64,000 nt of DNA from NCBI GenBank assembly GCA_947453295.1, contig CANGGD010000001.1:25615-89614 (forward strand), read 5' to 3'. The stretch is from Chitinophagaceae bacterium. Its GTDB lineage: Bacteria > Bacteroidota > Bacteroidia > Chitinophagales > Chitinophagaceae. This document shows positions 40,207 to 50,559 of this stretch, piece by piece. The number at the start of each line of letters is the position of its first letter. Within the stretch, counting starts at the first letter, position 1. A model generated the notes under the pieces. The model was not told the DNA's origin, made no database searches, and worked only from the letters and a program-made list of their open reading frames with translations. Made by a program: the position numbers and the translations under genes.

Positions 40207-41553
40207 ATGTATCAAAAAAAAATACTTCAAAATCAAAATAAAGATTGGCCAATAATATGGCTATATGCAGTTATTGCAATTATTGGATTGATTTGTATTT
40301 TTTCAGTTGAGTATAGAGAACAAGATCAAATTATCAATAGTTTTTTGGCATTTAAAAAAAATTATAGCAAACAGTTTTTTTATTTATTAGCATGTGTTGT
40401 TGTAGCCACTTTTATTTTACTAACCGATAGTAAATTTTTTACCGCCACTCCTAATTTGCTATACTTACTTGGTATTGTACTGATGCTTGCAACATTTGTG
40501 GTTGGAAAAACTGTAAATGGCTCCAAAAGTTGGATTCCGCTTGGTTTTATGAATCTTCAGCCAGTGGAGACCTGTAAAATTTTTGCTTCTTTAGCGCTTG
40601 CAAAATACCTCTCGCAACCAGATACCGATTTTACTAAAGGAAGGTCTCAATTAATTGCCACTGCAATTTGCTTTTTACCTATAATTTTTTCTGTTTTACA
40701 AAACGAAACAGGTTTGGCACTTGTTTATTTTTCTTTTTTATTACCCATGTATAGAGAAGGCTTTCCGCCAATTTATTTAATTATTGGTGCATTCTTAGGT
40801 ATACTATTAGTAACAGCTCTTTTATTTACTCCCTTTCAATTAATCATTGGTTTTACCTTAATTAGTGTAGTTGTTATTTATTTTTTAATTAGAAAAATCA
40901 AACGTAACAAAAGTCTTTTAATTACCATTATTACAATTTGGGCATTGAGCATATTTTTTGTTGGAGTAGCAGTTCCGTTTTTATTCAAACACGTTTTTCA
41001 AAAATATCAAGCAGATAGAATCTTTAGCATGGTAGGGAGAGACAATCCTTACACAGATTCTAAAACTGTTGATTTAGTTGAAACTGAAAAATCTAAAAAA
41101 ATTAAATCCGAAACAGAAAATTACAACGTTAAACAATCAAAAATAGCCATTGGTTCTGGAGGATTTTTAGGTAAGGGGTTTTTAAAAGGAACTCAAACAC
41201 AAGGTGATTTTGTACCAGAACAACACACAGATTTTATATTTACATCCTTAGGCGAAAATTTTGGATTTATCGGATGCGCTATCCTTATGATGCTATATTT
41301 GGGTTTATTACTTAGAATAATTATGATTGCTGAAAGACAAAGAAGTACTTTTAGCAGAGTATATGCTTATTCAGTTGCATCCATTATTTTTTTCCATGTA
41401 GCAGTAAATATTTGCATGACGATTGGATTAGCGCCAGTTATTGGAATCACTTTGCCTTTAATGAGTTATGGCGGATCTTCCTTACTAACATTTACTATTC
41501 TTATTTTTATTTTAGTAAGATTAGATGCTGACAGACAAATGGTGCTTCGGTAA
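40207..41553 (+). CDS. rodA: rod shape-determining protein RodA (SEDS)
   Basis: GSKSW, QP.E..K, QNETG.ALV, YNVKQSKIAIGSGG..GKG, PEQHTDFIF, GITLPL.SYGGSS. Confidence 0.96.
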   Translation: MYQKKILQNQNKDWPIIWLYAVIAIIGLICIFSVEYREQDQIINSFLAFKKNYSKQFFYLLACVVVATFILLTDSKFFTATPNLLYLLGIVLMLATFVVGKTVNGSKSWIPLGFMNLQPVETCKIFASLALAKYLSQPDTDFTKGRSQLIATAICFLPIIFSVLQNETGLALVYFSFLLPMYREGFPPIYLIIGAFLGILLVTALLFTPFQLIIGFTLISVVVIYFLIRKIKRNKSLLITIITIWALSIFFVGVAVPFLFKHVFQKYQADRIFSMVGRDNPYTDSKTVDLVETEKSKKIKSETENYNVKQSKIAIGSGGFLGKGFLKGTQTQGDFVPEQHTDFIFTSLGENFGFIGCAILMMLYLGLLLRIIMIAERQRSTFSRVYAYSVASIIFFHVAVNICMTIGLAPVIGITLPLMSYGGSSLLTFTILIFILVRLDADRQMVLR

Positions 41554-41558
41554 TTTAA

Positions 41559-43370
41559 TTAATCCACTTTACGATTATTTTCGAATTGAGTTTGATGTAA
41601 CTGATAGTAAGAACCCATTAAGGATAATAATTCTTCGTGAGAACCCATTTCTATTATTTCTCCTTTGCTTAAAACAATAATCGTGTCGGCCTTTTTAATA
41701 GTACTAAGTCTGTGTGCTATCACTATGGAGGTTCTGCCTTTAATCAATTTGTCAATAGCTAGCTGCACTAGTATTTCACTTTCAGAATCTATTGATGAAG
41801 TTGCCTCGTCTAAAATTAATATTGATGGATTGTATAATAATGCACGGGCAAATGAAATTAATTGTCTTTGTCCTACCGACAATGTAGCGCCTCTTTCCAT
41901 TACTTGATAGTCGTATTCTCCTGGCAACTGCATTATAAAATCATGTAAGCCTATTAGTTTGGAAGCGGCAATTACGTCTTCTTTTTCAATAGCACTATTT
42001 CTTAACGTTATATTATCCATTACCGATCCACTAAATAAAAAAACATCTTGTAAAACAACTGCTATTTTTGATCTTAAAGCCTCAATACTGTATTGTTGTA
42101 TTTCTATTCCATCAATTTTTATTGTGCCTTTATTAAATTGATATAATCTGTTTATTAGGCTTATGATAGAAGTTTTGCCACTTCCCGTATTTCCAACAAT
42201 TGCATAAGTTTTACCTGCAGGAACTTTGAAAGAAATATCTTTTAAAACATAATTTTCAGCTGTATAAGAAAACCAAACATGTTCAAATTCAATGACACCC
42301 TCTGCGATTTTATGAGCATTCTGTTTTTCTAATTCTGGAGTTATATCTTGATTGTCAATTACTAAAAAAACTCTTTCGCTTGCAATCATCCCCATTTGTA
42401 AAACATTAAACTTATCAGCAATTATTCTCAATGGTCTAAAAAGTAAATTAAGACAAAGAATAAAAGAAGTTATAATGCCAGCTATATGTTCAGATGCTGC
42501 TGCAGAAAGATTTGTGGATTCCTTTGCTGCCCACCATACCATTAATCCAATACTAATTGCAGATACTAATTCTACAATTGGCAAAAAGATGGAATAAGCA
42601 AAAATGGCTTTTATATTTTGATCACGATGTGTTTTATTAATCTGTTCAAATTTATTTTGTTCTTTTTCTTCTGCTGCAAATGATTGAATAATAGACATGC
42701 CGGTTAAGTGCTCTTGTACAAATGCATTCAATTGTGAAACGGCGTTTCTAACTCCTGTAAATGATTTATTCACGGATTCTTTAAAATAATATGTTGCAAT
42801 AATTAAGATGGGAAAAGGTAAAATACAAATCAAAGATATTTTCCAATCTGTTATAAACATATAAGTCAAAACAGATAAAATGGCTAATAAGTCTGCTACA
42901 ATTGGGATCAAACCATCGCTGAAAATATCATTAATGGATTCGATGTCATTTATTGTTCTTGTTGTGAGCGTGCCAATGGGCGTTCTGTCGAATTGCGTTA
43001 GATTTAAATTTAAAATTTTGTTGTACGTTAAGTTTCTTAAATCCTTAACTACACTTTGTCCCAATGATGCTGTGGAAAATGAAAAATAAAACCTCGTTAC
43101 GGATTCAATTAATAAAAATACAATTTGAAAAATTGTAACCTCAATCAAAAAAGCCCCAGGTCCTTTTAGCAAATACCCTGCATGTGTATCTTTTATTCCT
43201 TCATTAATAGAAATTTGAATTAATAATGGCCTCAATGGAGCCATTACTGCAAGTAAAACAGAAAGAAAAATAGCAGTATAAAATTTATTTTTATACGGTA
43301 GGGTAAATGTAAAAATTCTTCTTAATAATTTGATATCGAAAACTTTTTTCTTCGATGTTTTTTTTTCCAT
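41559..43370 (-). CDS. ABC exporter, fused permease/ATPase (MsbA/MdlB-like)
   Basis: Six-TM N-terminal domain; Walker A GNTGSGKT, LSVGQRQ, ILDEATS, IAHRLST. Confidence 0.93.
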   Translation of the reverse strand: MEKKTSKKKVFDIKLLRRIFTFTLPYKNKFYTAIFLSVLLAVMAPLRPLLIQISINEGIKDTHAGYLLKGPGAFLIEVTIFQIVFLLIESVTRFYFSFSTASLGQSVVKDLRNLTYNKILNLNLTQFDRTPIGTLTTRTINDIESINDIFSDGLIPIVADLLAILSVLTYMFITDWKISLICILPFPILIIATYYFKESVNKSFTGVRNAVSQLNAFVQEHLTGMSIIQSFAAEEKEQNKFEQINKTHRDQNIKAIFAYSIFLPIVELVSAISIGLMVWWAAKESTNLSAAASEHIAGIITSFILCLNLLFRPLRIIADKFNVLQMGMIASERVFLVIDNQDITPELEKQNAHKIAEGVIEFEHVWFSYTAENYVLKDISFKVPAGKTYAIVGNTGSGKTSIISLINRLYQFNKGTIKIDGIEIQQYSIEALRSKIAVVLQDVFLFSGSVMDNITLRNSAIEKEDVIAASKLIGLHDFIMQLPGEYDYQVMERGATLSVGQRQLISFARALLYNPSILILDEATSSIDSESEILVQLAIDKLIKGRTSIVIAHRLSTIKKADTIIVLSKGEIIEMGSHEELLSLMGSYYQLHQTQFENNRKVD

Positions 43371-43374
43371 TACA

Positions 43375-43382
43375 CAAAGATA
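43375..43382 (-). promoter_or_regulatory. -7 element for the ABC exporter
   Basis: TATCTTTG on the minus strand just upstream of the ATG. Confidence 0.45.
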
Positions 43383-43396
43383 AATAGAATCAAGGG

Positions 43397-45613
43397 TTAC
43401 ATTGATTCCATTTTCTTATTATATGCTTTTATAAAGATGGCACCTAGATTTCGGTAGGGAGGAATATAACTTTCCCAACTTTCCTTAATGGTGTTATTGG
43501 GGTCTGTTGAAAACTGTTTGGTTAGTGTTTCCCACATGTCTTTCCAAACAATTTTTTTTCCAAGAATAAGTGATTGATTGATATAATTAAGAATGGGTTT
43601 ATTAATATCTCCCGCTCCAATTTCTTTAGTAGAAATGATATGTGCATCTGGTGAAATTTCTAGTATTTTATTTAAATTCTTATAGCCGCCGCAAGATCCT
43701 ATAACAACAATTTTAGCATTTTCATCCATTCTGTCTATTGTACCCTGTAACCAATAACTATGTCCTCGATGAACTACAATTGATGGCTCTAAATTATTTT
43801 TTTCTAAATATTTTTTTAAATGTAGTTGCGCACTATCATCTAAGTTTTCATTAAAATCAAGAGGCTTATTAGCAAAAATTATTACTTTGCCTTTAATAGA
43901 TTTAATGGAAACCCATTCAGGAAAATTTGTTATTTTCCATTCTATAGAATTAAAGGAATTCAAAAAAGCTGGATAATAAGCTTTACCATCTTCATCCCCA
44001 TAAAAAAACACTTGCTGTATTACTTGGCCGCTATCATTTTGTAAAGCTTGCTTATCTATTTCATAAATAGAAGGAATGTCAGCTATTGCTGAAAGATTTA
44101 TTTTATTAGCAGGATCTAAAGAAAGAAAAATAGTTTTTAATAGGTTGTATATAATCTTTCCTTTTTGATTGTTGTTGTCAATACATTTTTTTTCATTTTC
44201 TAAAATGTTTTCTATAATTCTATTTAATAATGTTTTGTTACTAATGCTGCTGTAAGAATCAGCTACATCAATTGCATCTTCTAAATTATCCGATTTATCT
44301 AAGTTGGAAACAAATGCCTTCATCAAATATTGAGCACTTTTTTCTGGCATATATTTTAAAACGGTATCTAATTTATTATAACTAGCAGCCATCTTAATAA
44401 ACTTTTTAAAAAAATCAAAATTCACCTGCAGAAAGAGTGAATCAAATCTGGGTTTTTGTTTCATTTTTACAAGAAGCCGGTTAAAGCTATGTTTGAAACT
44501 AGAAGTATATATATCATTTTCACCCAAGACCAACATGAAATAAAGTTCATCAGCTGATAGTGAATCGATTGCCTTCATTCTAATATCAAGATTATTCTCT
44601 TCATGTAAATTATTAATAGGTTTTATGAAATGTCTAATTGCTGTTCTTTTTATCACATCTCTTAAACCATTAGGACCAAACATTGCAATTGGAGTGTCCT
44701 TCAAATTTGAAGTCATTCTTGTATAATAGGCTATTTCAGTTTTAACTAAAAGTTTATAATACCCCACACTATCAAAAGTTTTTTCTCCATCGCCAATAAT
44801 TTGGCTAATAATATCTATCGTGTTTTTGTTTTTCAATATATCATCTAAAAAAGGGAAATAATACAAAGCAAGGGGGAGTTTTGATAATGCAGCTAATGTA
44901 TGTACCAGATGATCTTTACTTTTGTGAATGATTTGGCCTTCTACGCTATTTATAGATTGCGCATAAGAATATAAAGTAGAGGGATTTAGTTTTGCGTATA
45001 CATGTAACAAACTATCTACAAATACTTCATCTTTATAGTTTTTTATTGTAGTAATAATCTTATCAGGATATAGTTGACAAAATTTCAAATAAATAATATC
45101 TTCTGCTTCCCTATTGGTCTGATCTCCAAAAAAAATATCATTAATTAGTAATGCGCTTTTATAATTTGAATTATTTAGTGACTTAATTACATAAGCCTCT
45201 TTAAGGGGTTGTTTTATTGCAGTGTCAATTATTTCTATTATTGATTTTATTTCTGATGGATTGATTTCCTTTCTTTTTAATGAAAAGTAAATTTTTGAAA
45301 GTGAGTTGTCTATAAAATTCAGTAAAGCAATTCTATCATTATTGTTTAAACTATCATTGCAAGTTTCTATCCAGTTTTGGATAAGGTCTATTTTTCTTCC
45401 TAAAGCATCTGTAATAAATAAATTGATTTCATTATTTTGAGCAATTTTAATGAAGTTGTCTTTTTTTGAATCTATTAAATCTAATTGTAATTGAGATTTA
45501 TTGATTTTATCGTGAAAAAACTGTCGATATAATGGTATTTTCAGTGTGTCATTCACAGCCCATGCTTTTGCAACAATTAAGCATGATAAAAAAAATAATT
45601 TCAATGGCCTCAT
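43397..45613 (-). CDS. hypothetical secreted protein; C-terminal region resembles a clan CD (caspase-hemoglobinase fold) peptidase
   Basis: Signal peptide MRPLKLFFLSCLIVAKAWA (ATG at 45613 preferred over 45673); helical N-terminus; IVVHRGHS and IVVIGSCGG motifs. Confidence 0.7.
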   Translation of the reverse strand: MRPLKLFFLSCLIVAKAWAVNDTLKIPLYRQFFHDKINKSQLQLDLIDSKKDNFIKIAQNNEINLFITDALGRKIDLIQNWIETCNDSLNNNDRIALLNFIDNSLSKIYFSLKRKEINPSEIKSIIEIIDTAIKQPLKEAYVIKSLNNSNYKSALLINDIFFGDQTNREAEDIIYLKFCQLYPDKIITTIKNYKDEVFVDSLLHVYAKLNPSTLYSYAQSINSVEGQIIHKSKDHLVHTLAALSKLPLALYYFPFLDDILKNKNTIDIISQIIGDGEKTFDSVGYYKLLVKTEIAYYTRMTSNLKDTPIAMFGPNGLRDVIKRTAIRHFIKPINNLHEENNLDIRMKAIDSLSADELYFMLVLGENDIYTSSFKHSFNRLLVKMKQKPRFDSLFLQVNFDFFKKFIKMAASYNKLDTVLKYMPEKSAQYLMKAFVSNLDKSDNLEDAIDVADSYSSISNKTLLNRIIENILENEKKCIDNNNQKGKIIYNLLKTIFLSLDPANKINLSAIADIPSIYEIDKQALQNDSGQVIQQVFFYGDEDGKAYYPAFLNSFNSIEWKITNFPEWVSIKSIKGKVIIFANKPLDFNENLDDSAQLHLKKYLEKNNLEPSIVVHRGHSYWLQGTIDRMDENAKIVVIGSCGGYKNLNKILEISPDAHIISTKEIGAGDINKPILNYINQSLILGKKIVWKDMWETLTKQFSTDPNNTIKESWESYIPPYRNLGAIFIKAYNKKMESM

Positions 45614-45766
45614 TTTATTTACTGGTCTTTTAAAAACTATCGATATAATTGAAAAACAACTGCGTCTTACCAATGATTAAATTTATGTATTTACTTTCAA
45701 TAATTGACTTAACAATTAAATAATATGAGAATAGTTATTCAATTATGTTTTAAAACTATGAAAACC

Positions 45767-45774
45767 TAATTTTG
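45767..45774 (+). promoter_or_regulatory. -7 element for the response regulator
   Basis: TAATTTTG 17 nt upstream of the ATG. Confidence 0.55.
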
Positions 45775-45791
45775 TACAATAAATTAAAAAC

Positions 45792-46466
45792 ATGAGCAAT
45801 CAAAAAAAAATATTAATTGCAGATGATGAGGTTGATATTTTAGAGATTCTTCAATTTAATTTAGAATTGGAAGGATACATTGTAAAAACAGCGAAAGATG
45901 GAATTGATGCAATTGAAAAAGCTAAGAGTTTTAATCCGCATTTAATTATATTAGACAACATGATGCCAGGTAAAACAGGCATGGATGTTTGCAGACACTT
46001 AAGATCGTTATCTGATTTTAAAAATACATTGATTATTTTTTTAACTGCTTTGAGTGATGAGTCTAATGAAGTAAAAGGATTAGAATATGGTGCAGATGAT
46101 TATTTGTCAAAGCCTATTCGGCCTAAAGTTTTAATGAGCAAAGTTAATGCGTTGTTCAGAAGAGTTGTTGTAGAATCTGGAACTACATTAGAAACTGGTC
46201 AATTATTAATTGACAGAGAAAAATATACTGTTCTGTATAAGGATCAAGAAATTTCATTAGCGAAAAAAGAGTTTGAATTGTTATCACTATTAGCTTCCAA
46301 GCCTGGAAAAGTTTTTTTAAGGAATGAAATTTTAAGTAGAATATGGGGCACCGAAGTTATTGTTGGAGATAGAACAATAGATGTACATATCAGAAAAATA
46401 AGACAAAAATTGAACTTAGATTGTATCACAACTGTGAAAGGTGTTGGATATAAATTTGACATTTAA
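45792..46466 (+). CDS. OmpR/PhoB-family response regulator
   Basis: ADDE, LDNMMP (phospho-Asp), FLTA, GADDYL.KP, winged-helix KEFELL ... RTIDVHIRKIR ... TVKGVGY. Confidence 0.93.
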   Translation: MSNQKKILIADDEVDILEILQFNLELEGYIVKTAKDGIDAIEKAKSFNPHLIILDNMMPGKTGMDVCRHLRSLSDFKNTLIIFLTALSDESNEVKGLEYGADDYLSKPIRPKVLMSKVNALFRRVVVESGTTLETGQLLIDREKYTVLYKDQEISLAKKEFELLSLLASKPGKVFLRNEILSRIWGTEVIVGDRTIDVHIRKIRQKLNLDCITTVKGVGYKFDI

Positions 46467-46511
46467 GATGTAATTGTTTTTTTCGTTTTCATATTTTTAT
46501 TTGCTTTACTA

Positions 46512-46519
46512 TACCTTTG
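46512..46519 (+). promoter_or_regulatory. internal -7 element for the sensor kinase
   Basis: TACCTTTG 20 nt upstream of the ATG. Confidence 0.5.
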
Positions 46520-46539
46520 TTTGATAACTGATTTTTAAT

Positions 46540-47586
46540 ATGCTTTATAAAAAAAATCTCACTAGTCGTCAAACTTCCTTAATAATTGCTGCAATTCTTT
46601 CTATAATTTTTGCATTCAGTTTATTTTTTGTTACTCAGCACATAATTTTAATTTTCATATTCTTCATTTTATTTTTCACTATTACCTATTTTCTAACTCA
46701 ATATTTTTATGAAATTGTAATCAACAGGCAGATAAAACTAATTTATAAATTAATTGCTCAAACAAAAGCTACTAAACGAGAAGAGTTCTTTATTAAAAAT
46801 GTATTGCCTGAAAAATCTATTGAAGAAGTAAGTAAAGATGTTGAGATTTGGGCTTTTAACAGAATAAAAGAAATAGAAATACTTCAGGAAAATGATACTT
46901 TCAGAAAAGAGTTTTTACAAAATTTAAGTCATGAATTAAAAACTCCAATATTTTCAATTCAAGGATACATTGAAACACTTTTAAATGGAGCCATTCATAA
47001 TAAAGAAGTAAACACAAAGTTTTTACAAAGCGCATCACGAAATATAGATCGTCTCGTAAATTTAGTGGGTGATTTAGATGAAATCTCTCGACTCGAAAGC
47101 GGAGAAATTAAAATCAATTGCAAGCATTTTATTATTCAAGATTTGGTGAAAGAAGTTTTCGAAACAATGAGCTTTCATACCAATGAAAAGCAAATCATTT
47201 GTTCCATAAAAAAAGGTTGCGAAGCACCTCTTTTAGTAAACGCAGACAAAGAAAAAATTAGGCAGGTTTTAATTAATTTAATCGACAATTCAATAAAATA
47301 TGGCAAAGCAAATGGTTTTATTGAAGCCAGTTTTTATAGAGTTAATTATAATGATGTTTTAATCGAAATTAGCGACAATGGTTATGGTATTGCTGATGAA
47401 CATTTAATAAGAATATTTGAAAGATTTTACAGAACAGATGCCGCAAGAACTCGAAAAATTGGTGGTAGCGGATTAGGTCTTTCAATTTGTAAACATATTA
47501 TTGAGGCGCATAATCAAACTATTCATGCAAGAAGCTCCTTAGATGTAGGCACCACTTTTGGATTTTCACTTCAGGGTGCAAAATAA
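46540..47586 (+). CDS. PhoR-like sensor histidine kinase
   Basis: Two closely spaced N-terminal TMs; H-box SHELKTP; NLIDNSIKY, DNGYGI, FERFYR, GSGLGL. Confidence 0.92.
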   Translation: MLYKKNLTSRQTSLIIAAILSIIFAFSLFFVTQHIILIFIFFILFFTITYFLTQYFYEIVINRQIKLIYKLIAQTKATKREEFFIKNVLPEKSIEEVSKDVEIWAFNRIKEIEILQENDTFRKEFLQNLSHELKTPIFSIQGYIETLLNGAIHNKEVNTKFLQSASRNIDRLVNLVGDLDEISRLESGEIKINCKHFIIQDLVKEVFETMSFHTNEKQIICSIKKGCEAPLLVNADKEKIRQVLINLIDNSIKYGKANGFIEASFYRVNYNDVLIEISDNGYGIADEHLIRIFERFYRTDAARTRKIGGSGLGLSICKHIIEAHNQTIHARSSLDVGTTFGFSLQGAK

Positions 47587-47617
47587 AATCGGCATCAAAT
47601 TGATGCCGATTTTATTT
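47581..47617. terminator. bidirectional terminator between convergent kinase and OmpA genes
   Basis: Perfect 17-bp arms AAATAAAATCGGCATCA-aat-TGATGCCGATTTTATTT. Confidence 0.88.
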
Positions 47618-47631
47618 TTTTCTATTTGATT

Positions 47632-49281
47632 TTATTTCTTGAGAATTCTAAACTCTATTCTTCTGTTTAACTGTCTTCCTTGTTCAGTTTTATTAGATGT
47701 AATTGGGGTGGTTTCTCCTAACCCTTTTGCTATAACTCTACTTTCATCAAATCCTTTTGAAAGTAAATATTGTTTGGCAGCGTTAGCTCTATCAGTTGAT
47801 AGTTTTAGGTTCTCACAGTAACCTCCAATGTTATCAGTATGAGCAGACAACTCAATTTGCATTGTATTGTTTGCTTTCATCATCTTAACAATTTTATCTA
47901 ACTCTTTATAAGAATCTGCTCTAAGAATAGATTTTCCAAAATCAAATAAAATATTATTAGTTGTATAAATTTCGCCTTCTTTTACAGCATCTGGATTTTC
48001 GAAAATTTCTTTTTTAATACTGTCTATATTTTTTCTAACTATATTACCTGCAGAATCTTTAATATAAATTCCATCGGGGAAAACAGGATTTAAATACAGA
48101 TCTCTGTGTATTTCTTTATACGGCTCAAACTTGGTAAGATCCAACGTATCAATAACAGATAAATAATTATCAGCCATTGCTCTTATGCTGTATTTTTTTC
48201 CATATGGTAATGCTACTTTAAAAGAGCCATCAACAAATGCTATTGCATTTCCTTCACTTTTCTCACCCGGTACTAAGTCATAAAACAATTTTCCGTTCAT
48301 TGGTAATTTAGAAAGTGCATTATATATTTTACCATAAACCATCATCACATTATTTGGTCGTAAAGATTCAGGGATTTTTACTTTTACTATATCAGATTCT
48401 CCCAATGAGTTTTTTGAATTCACCATGTAACCATACTCTCCTTTAGCATCAATTGAAAAATAAGCATCCCATTCATTGGTGTTAATCGTTTCGCCCATGT
48501 TTTGAGGTTCAGACCAATTCATCCATGTTTCATCTAATCTTTTAGTCATCCAAATATCATATTTTCCAAAACCACCTGGTCTATCACTTGAAAAGTACAT
48601 TGTTAATCCGTCTACCGCTACAAAAGGAGAAATCTCGTCATAATCATCTGTGTTAATACCATTTTTAATTTTCTTTGGCATTGTCCATGAGCCATCACTT
48701 TCTAAATGACTAACATACAAATCATTTAGTAAACTATTTTTTTCTTCAGAAAAATAAAGGACCATTGTTTTTCCATCATTAGTCATGAAAACTCCAGAGT
48801 ATTGATCAACCGATAAGTTTTCATATCCTTTTATTTTTACTTCCTCAGGTGAAGTCCACGTTACTTCATTATTAGATGAGAATATTTTTTTGTTGATGAA
48901 GGAGAAACCATTTTTGTAATATTTTCCATTTTGATAAGTACCTCTTATTAATAAACGATTTCCATCCGCCGAACACCAAAAAATAGCATTCCTGTTGGTT
49001 TGATTGATTACGGAGTCGCATTTTTTTGACTTTGACCAAACTCCTTTATTATCTATAGTTGAGTACCAAACATCCTGATAGATTTTTTTATCTGATTTGA
49101 ACAACACATTGTTTTCGTCATTTGAAACTATATAATACAACGTTCTCCCATCAGCTGAGATTGTAGGTCTTAATTCTGCATTTTTTGAATTTACCAAAGC
49201 TCCTAAATTTTCAAAAGAATTTTGAGCAAAAGCTATTGCATTGATTAATGTCAAAAATGTAAGTAAGAAATATTTTTTCAT
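47632..49281 (-). CDS. OmpA-family peptidoglycan-binding protein with PD40 beta-propeller (PorE-like, no lipobox)
   Basis: Signal peptide IAFA|QN; PD40 repeats (P.ISADG, SPFVAVDG..MYFSSDRPGGFG); OmpA domain ILFDFGK, AHTD, LS..RA, NRRIEF. Confidence 0.9.
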   Translation of the reverse strand: MKKYFLLTFLTLINAIAFAQNSFENLGALVNSKNAELRPTISADGRTLYYIVSNDENNVLFKSDKKIYQDVWYSTIDNKGVWSKSKKCDSVINQTNRNAIFWCSADGNRLLIRGTYQNGKYYKNGFSFINKKIFSSNNEVTWTSPEEVKIKGYENLSVDQYSGVFMTNDGKTMVLYFSEEKNSLLNDLYVSHLESDGSWTMPKKIKNGINTDDYDEISPFVAVDGLTMYFSSDRPGGFGKYDIWMTKRLDETWMNWSEPQNMGETINTNEWDAYFSIDAKGEYGYMVNSKNSLGESDIVKVKIPESLRPNNVMMVYGKIYNALSKLPMNGKLFYDLVPGEKSEGNAIAFVDGSFKVALPYGKKYSIRAMADNYLSVIDTLDLTKFEPYKEIHRDLYLNPVFPDGIYIKDSAGNIVRKNIDSIKKEIFENPDAVKEGEIYTTNNILFDFGKSILRADSYKELDKIVKMMKANNTMQIELSAHTDNIGGYCENLKLSTDRANAAKQYLLSKGFDESRVIAKGLGETTPITSNKTEQGRQLNRRIEFRILKK

Positions 49282-49342
49282 CCTAATTTTTTTTCTATTT
49301 AATAATTTTTTTCAACTGATTCAAGCTTTAATGACTTTTGTA

Positions 49343-50542
49343 TTACCAGAAATTGATTTTTCTATAAAATTTAGAACCCGGTGAGGAGTTTCTACCAATT
49401 GAAAGAATTAATGCTAATTCATTTCTTTTAGGAATGACTAATGTGTATTTTTTGGAAGCAAATGGCCTTTCATATGAATATCTCAAGTTTGCAAAATTTG
49501 AAATATTAATATTAAGATACGGAATAATAGTTTTGAAAGAACGGGTATATAAACCGAAATTTAAATTACAATTTGAGGTAGGGTTGAGTTTATAAAATTC
49601 GACACCCGACCAAAATGCAACAGGATTTAAACTATCATTATTGTTTTGTTTCTTACTTCTCCAGTATAATCCGTCTTGCCATAAAACATTCTTAATGATT
49701 ATTCCCCATTTTGGATTGAATTTTAATCTTAACAAGGCGTCAGCTGTTATTCTATGTCTTAAACGAGAAATGTCTTTTTGATATGGATCATTTACTTTAT
49801 CGTAAACAAAATTATTAGCAGGATAGAACAAATGATTCATAGCTAAGCCTATTTCAAACATAACGGCTTCAGTTGTCATTCCATAATAACCTCCAACACT
49901 GTAATCATAATAGTTTTTACTTCTTACAAATTTATTTGAATCATTTGTGTTTCTTATAAATGGATAACCAAAACCTCCTCCTGAAATTTCAACATTATAT
50001 CTTGAAACGGATTTGGTCTCATCTAAATTACCAGATGCATATACTCCTTGAATACCAAATCCAAAAAACTTGTTACTTCTATTGTAAAAATGTCTAGCCA
50101 AAGAAACTGAGTAAAATGAAGCAGCTAAAGGACTTGTTTCATGATGATAGTTATAATAATTAGCGCCCACTGCCCAATAACCGTTATTTTTTTTACTCAT
50201 ATTAGCAACATCTTTTTCTTCTAAAGATTTAGTTGGCAGCATTAATAATTTTTTTGAAGAGTCTTGAGTATTTTCATCATCTCCATAATTTCTGTAAGCG
50301 CCAATTTTTATTTCAGCGCTAATGTTTTGATGATTCATTTTGAACCAATTTCTATTTATTCCTTTATCAGCAGTTTGCCAACTAGATAAGCTGCTAATTT
50401 TAATCTTTCCGTCATATCTGCCAGTAAGACTTGGATTCATCTGAGTTGGTGCCGAAAAAACCTGAGAAAATCTTGAGTTTTGTGCATACAAAGAAGCTCC
50501 GCAAAAAAGCATTAAAATGGTTACTACAATTTGATTTTTCAT
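49343..50542 (-). CDS. PorP/SprF-family type IX secretion system outer-membrane protein
   Basis: Signal peptide SLYA|Q; FSQ.FSAP..MNPSLTG N-terminal signature; alternating beta-strand pattern; YSYE near the C-terminus. Confidence 0.75.
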   Translation of the reverse strand: MKNQIVVTILMLFCGASLYAQNSRFSQVFSAPTQMNPSLTGRYDGKIKISSLSSWQTADKGINRNWFKMNHQNISAEIKIGAYRNYGDDENTQDSSKKLLMLPTKSLEEKDVANMSKKNNGYWAVGANYYNYHHETSPLAASFYSVSLARHFYNRSNKFFGFGIQGVYASGNLDETKSVSRYNVEISGGGFGYPFIRNTNDSNKFVRSKNYYDYSVGGYYGMTTEAVMFEIGLAMNHLFYPANNFVYDKVNDPYQKDISRLRHRITADALLRLKFNPKWGIIIKNVLWQDGLYWRSKKQNNNDSLNPVAFWSGVEFYKLNPTSNCNLNFGLYTRSFKTIIPYLNINISNFANLRYSYERPFASKKYTLVIPKRNELALILSIGRNSSPGSKFYRKINFW

Positions 50543-50559
50543 TATTTCTTTTTGTAAAA

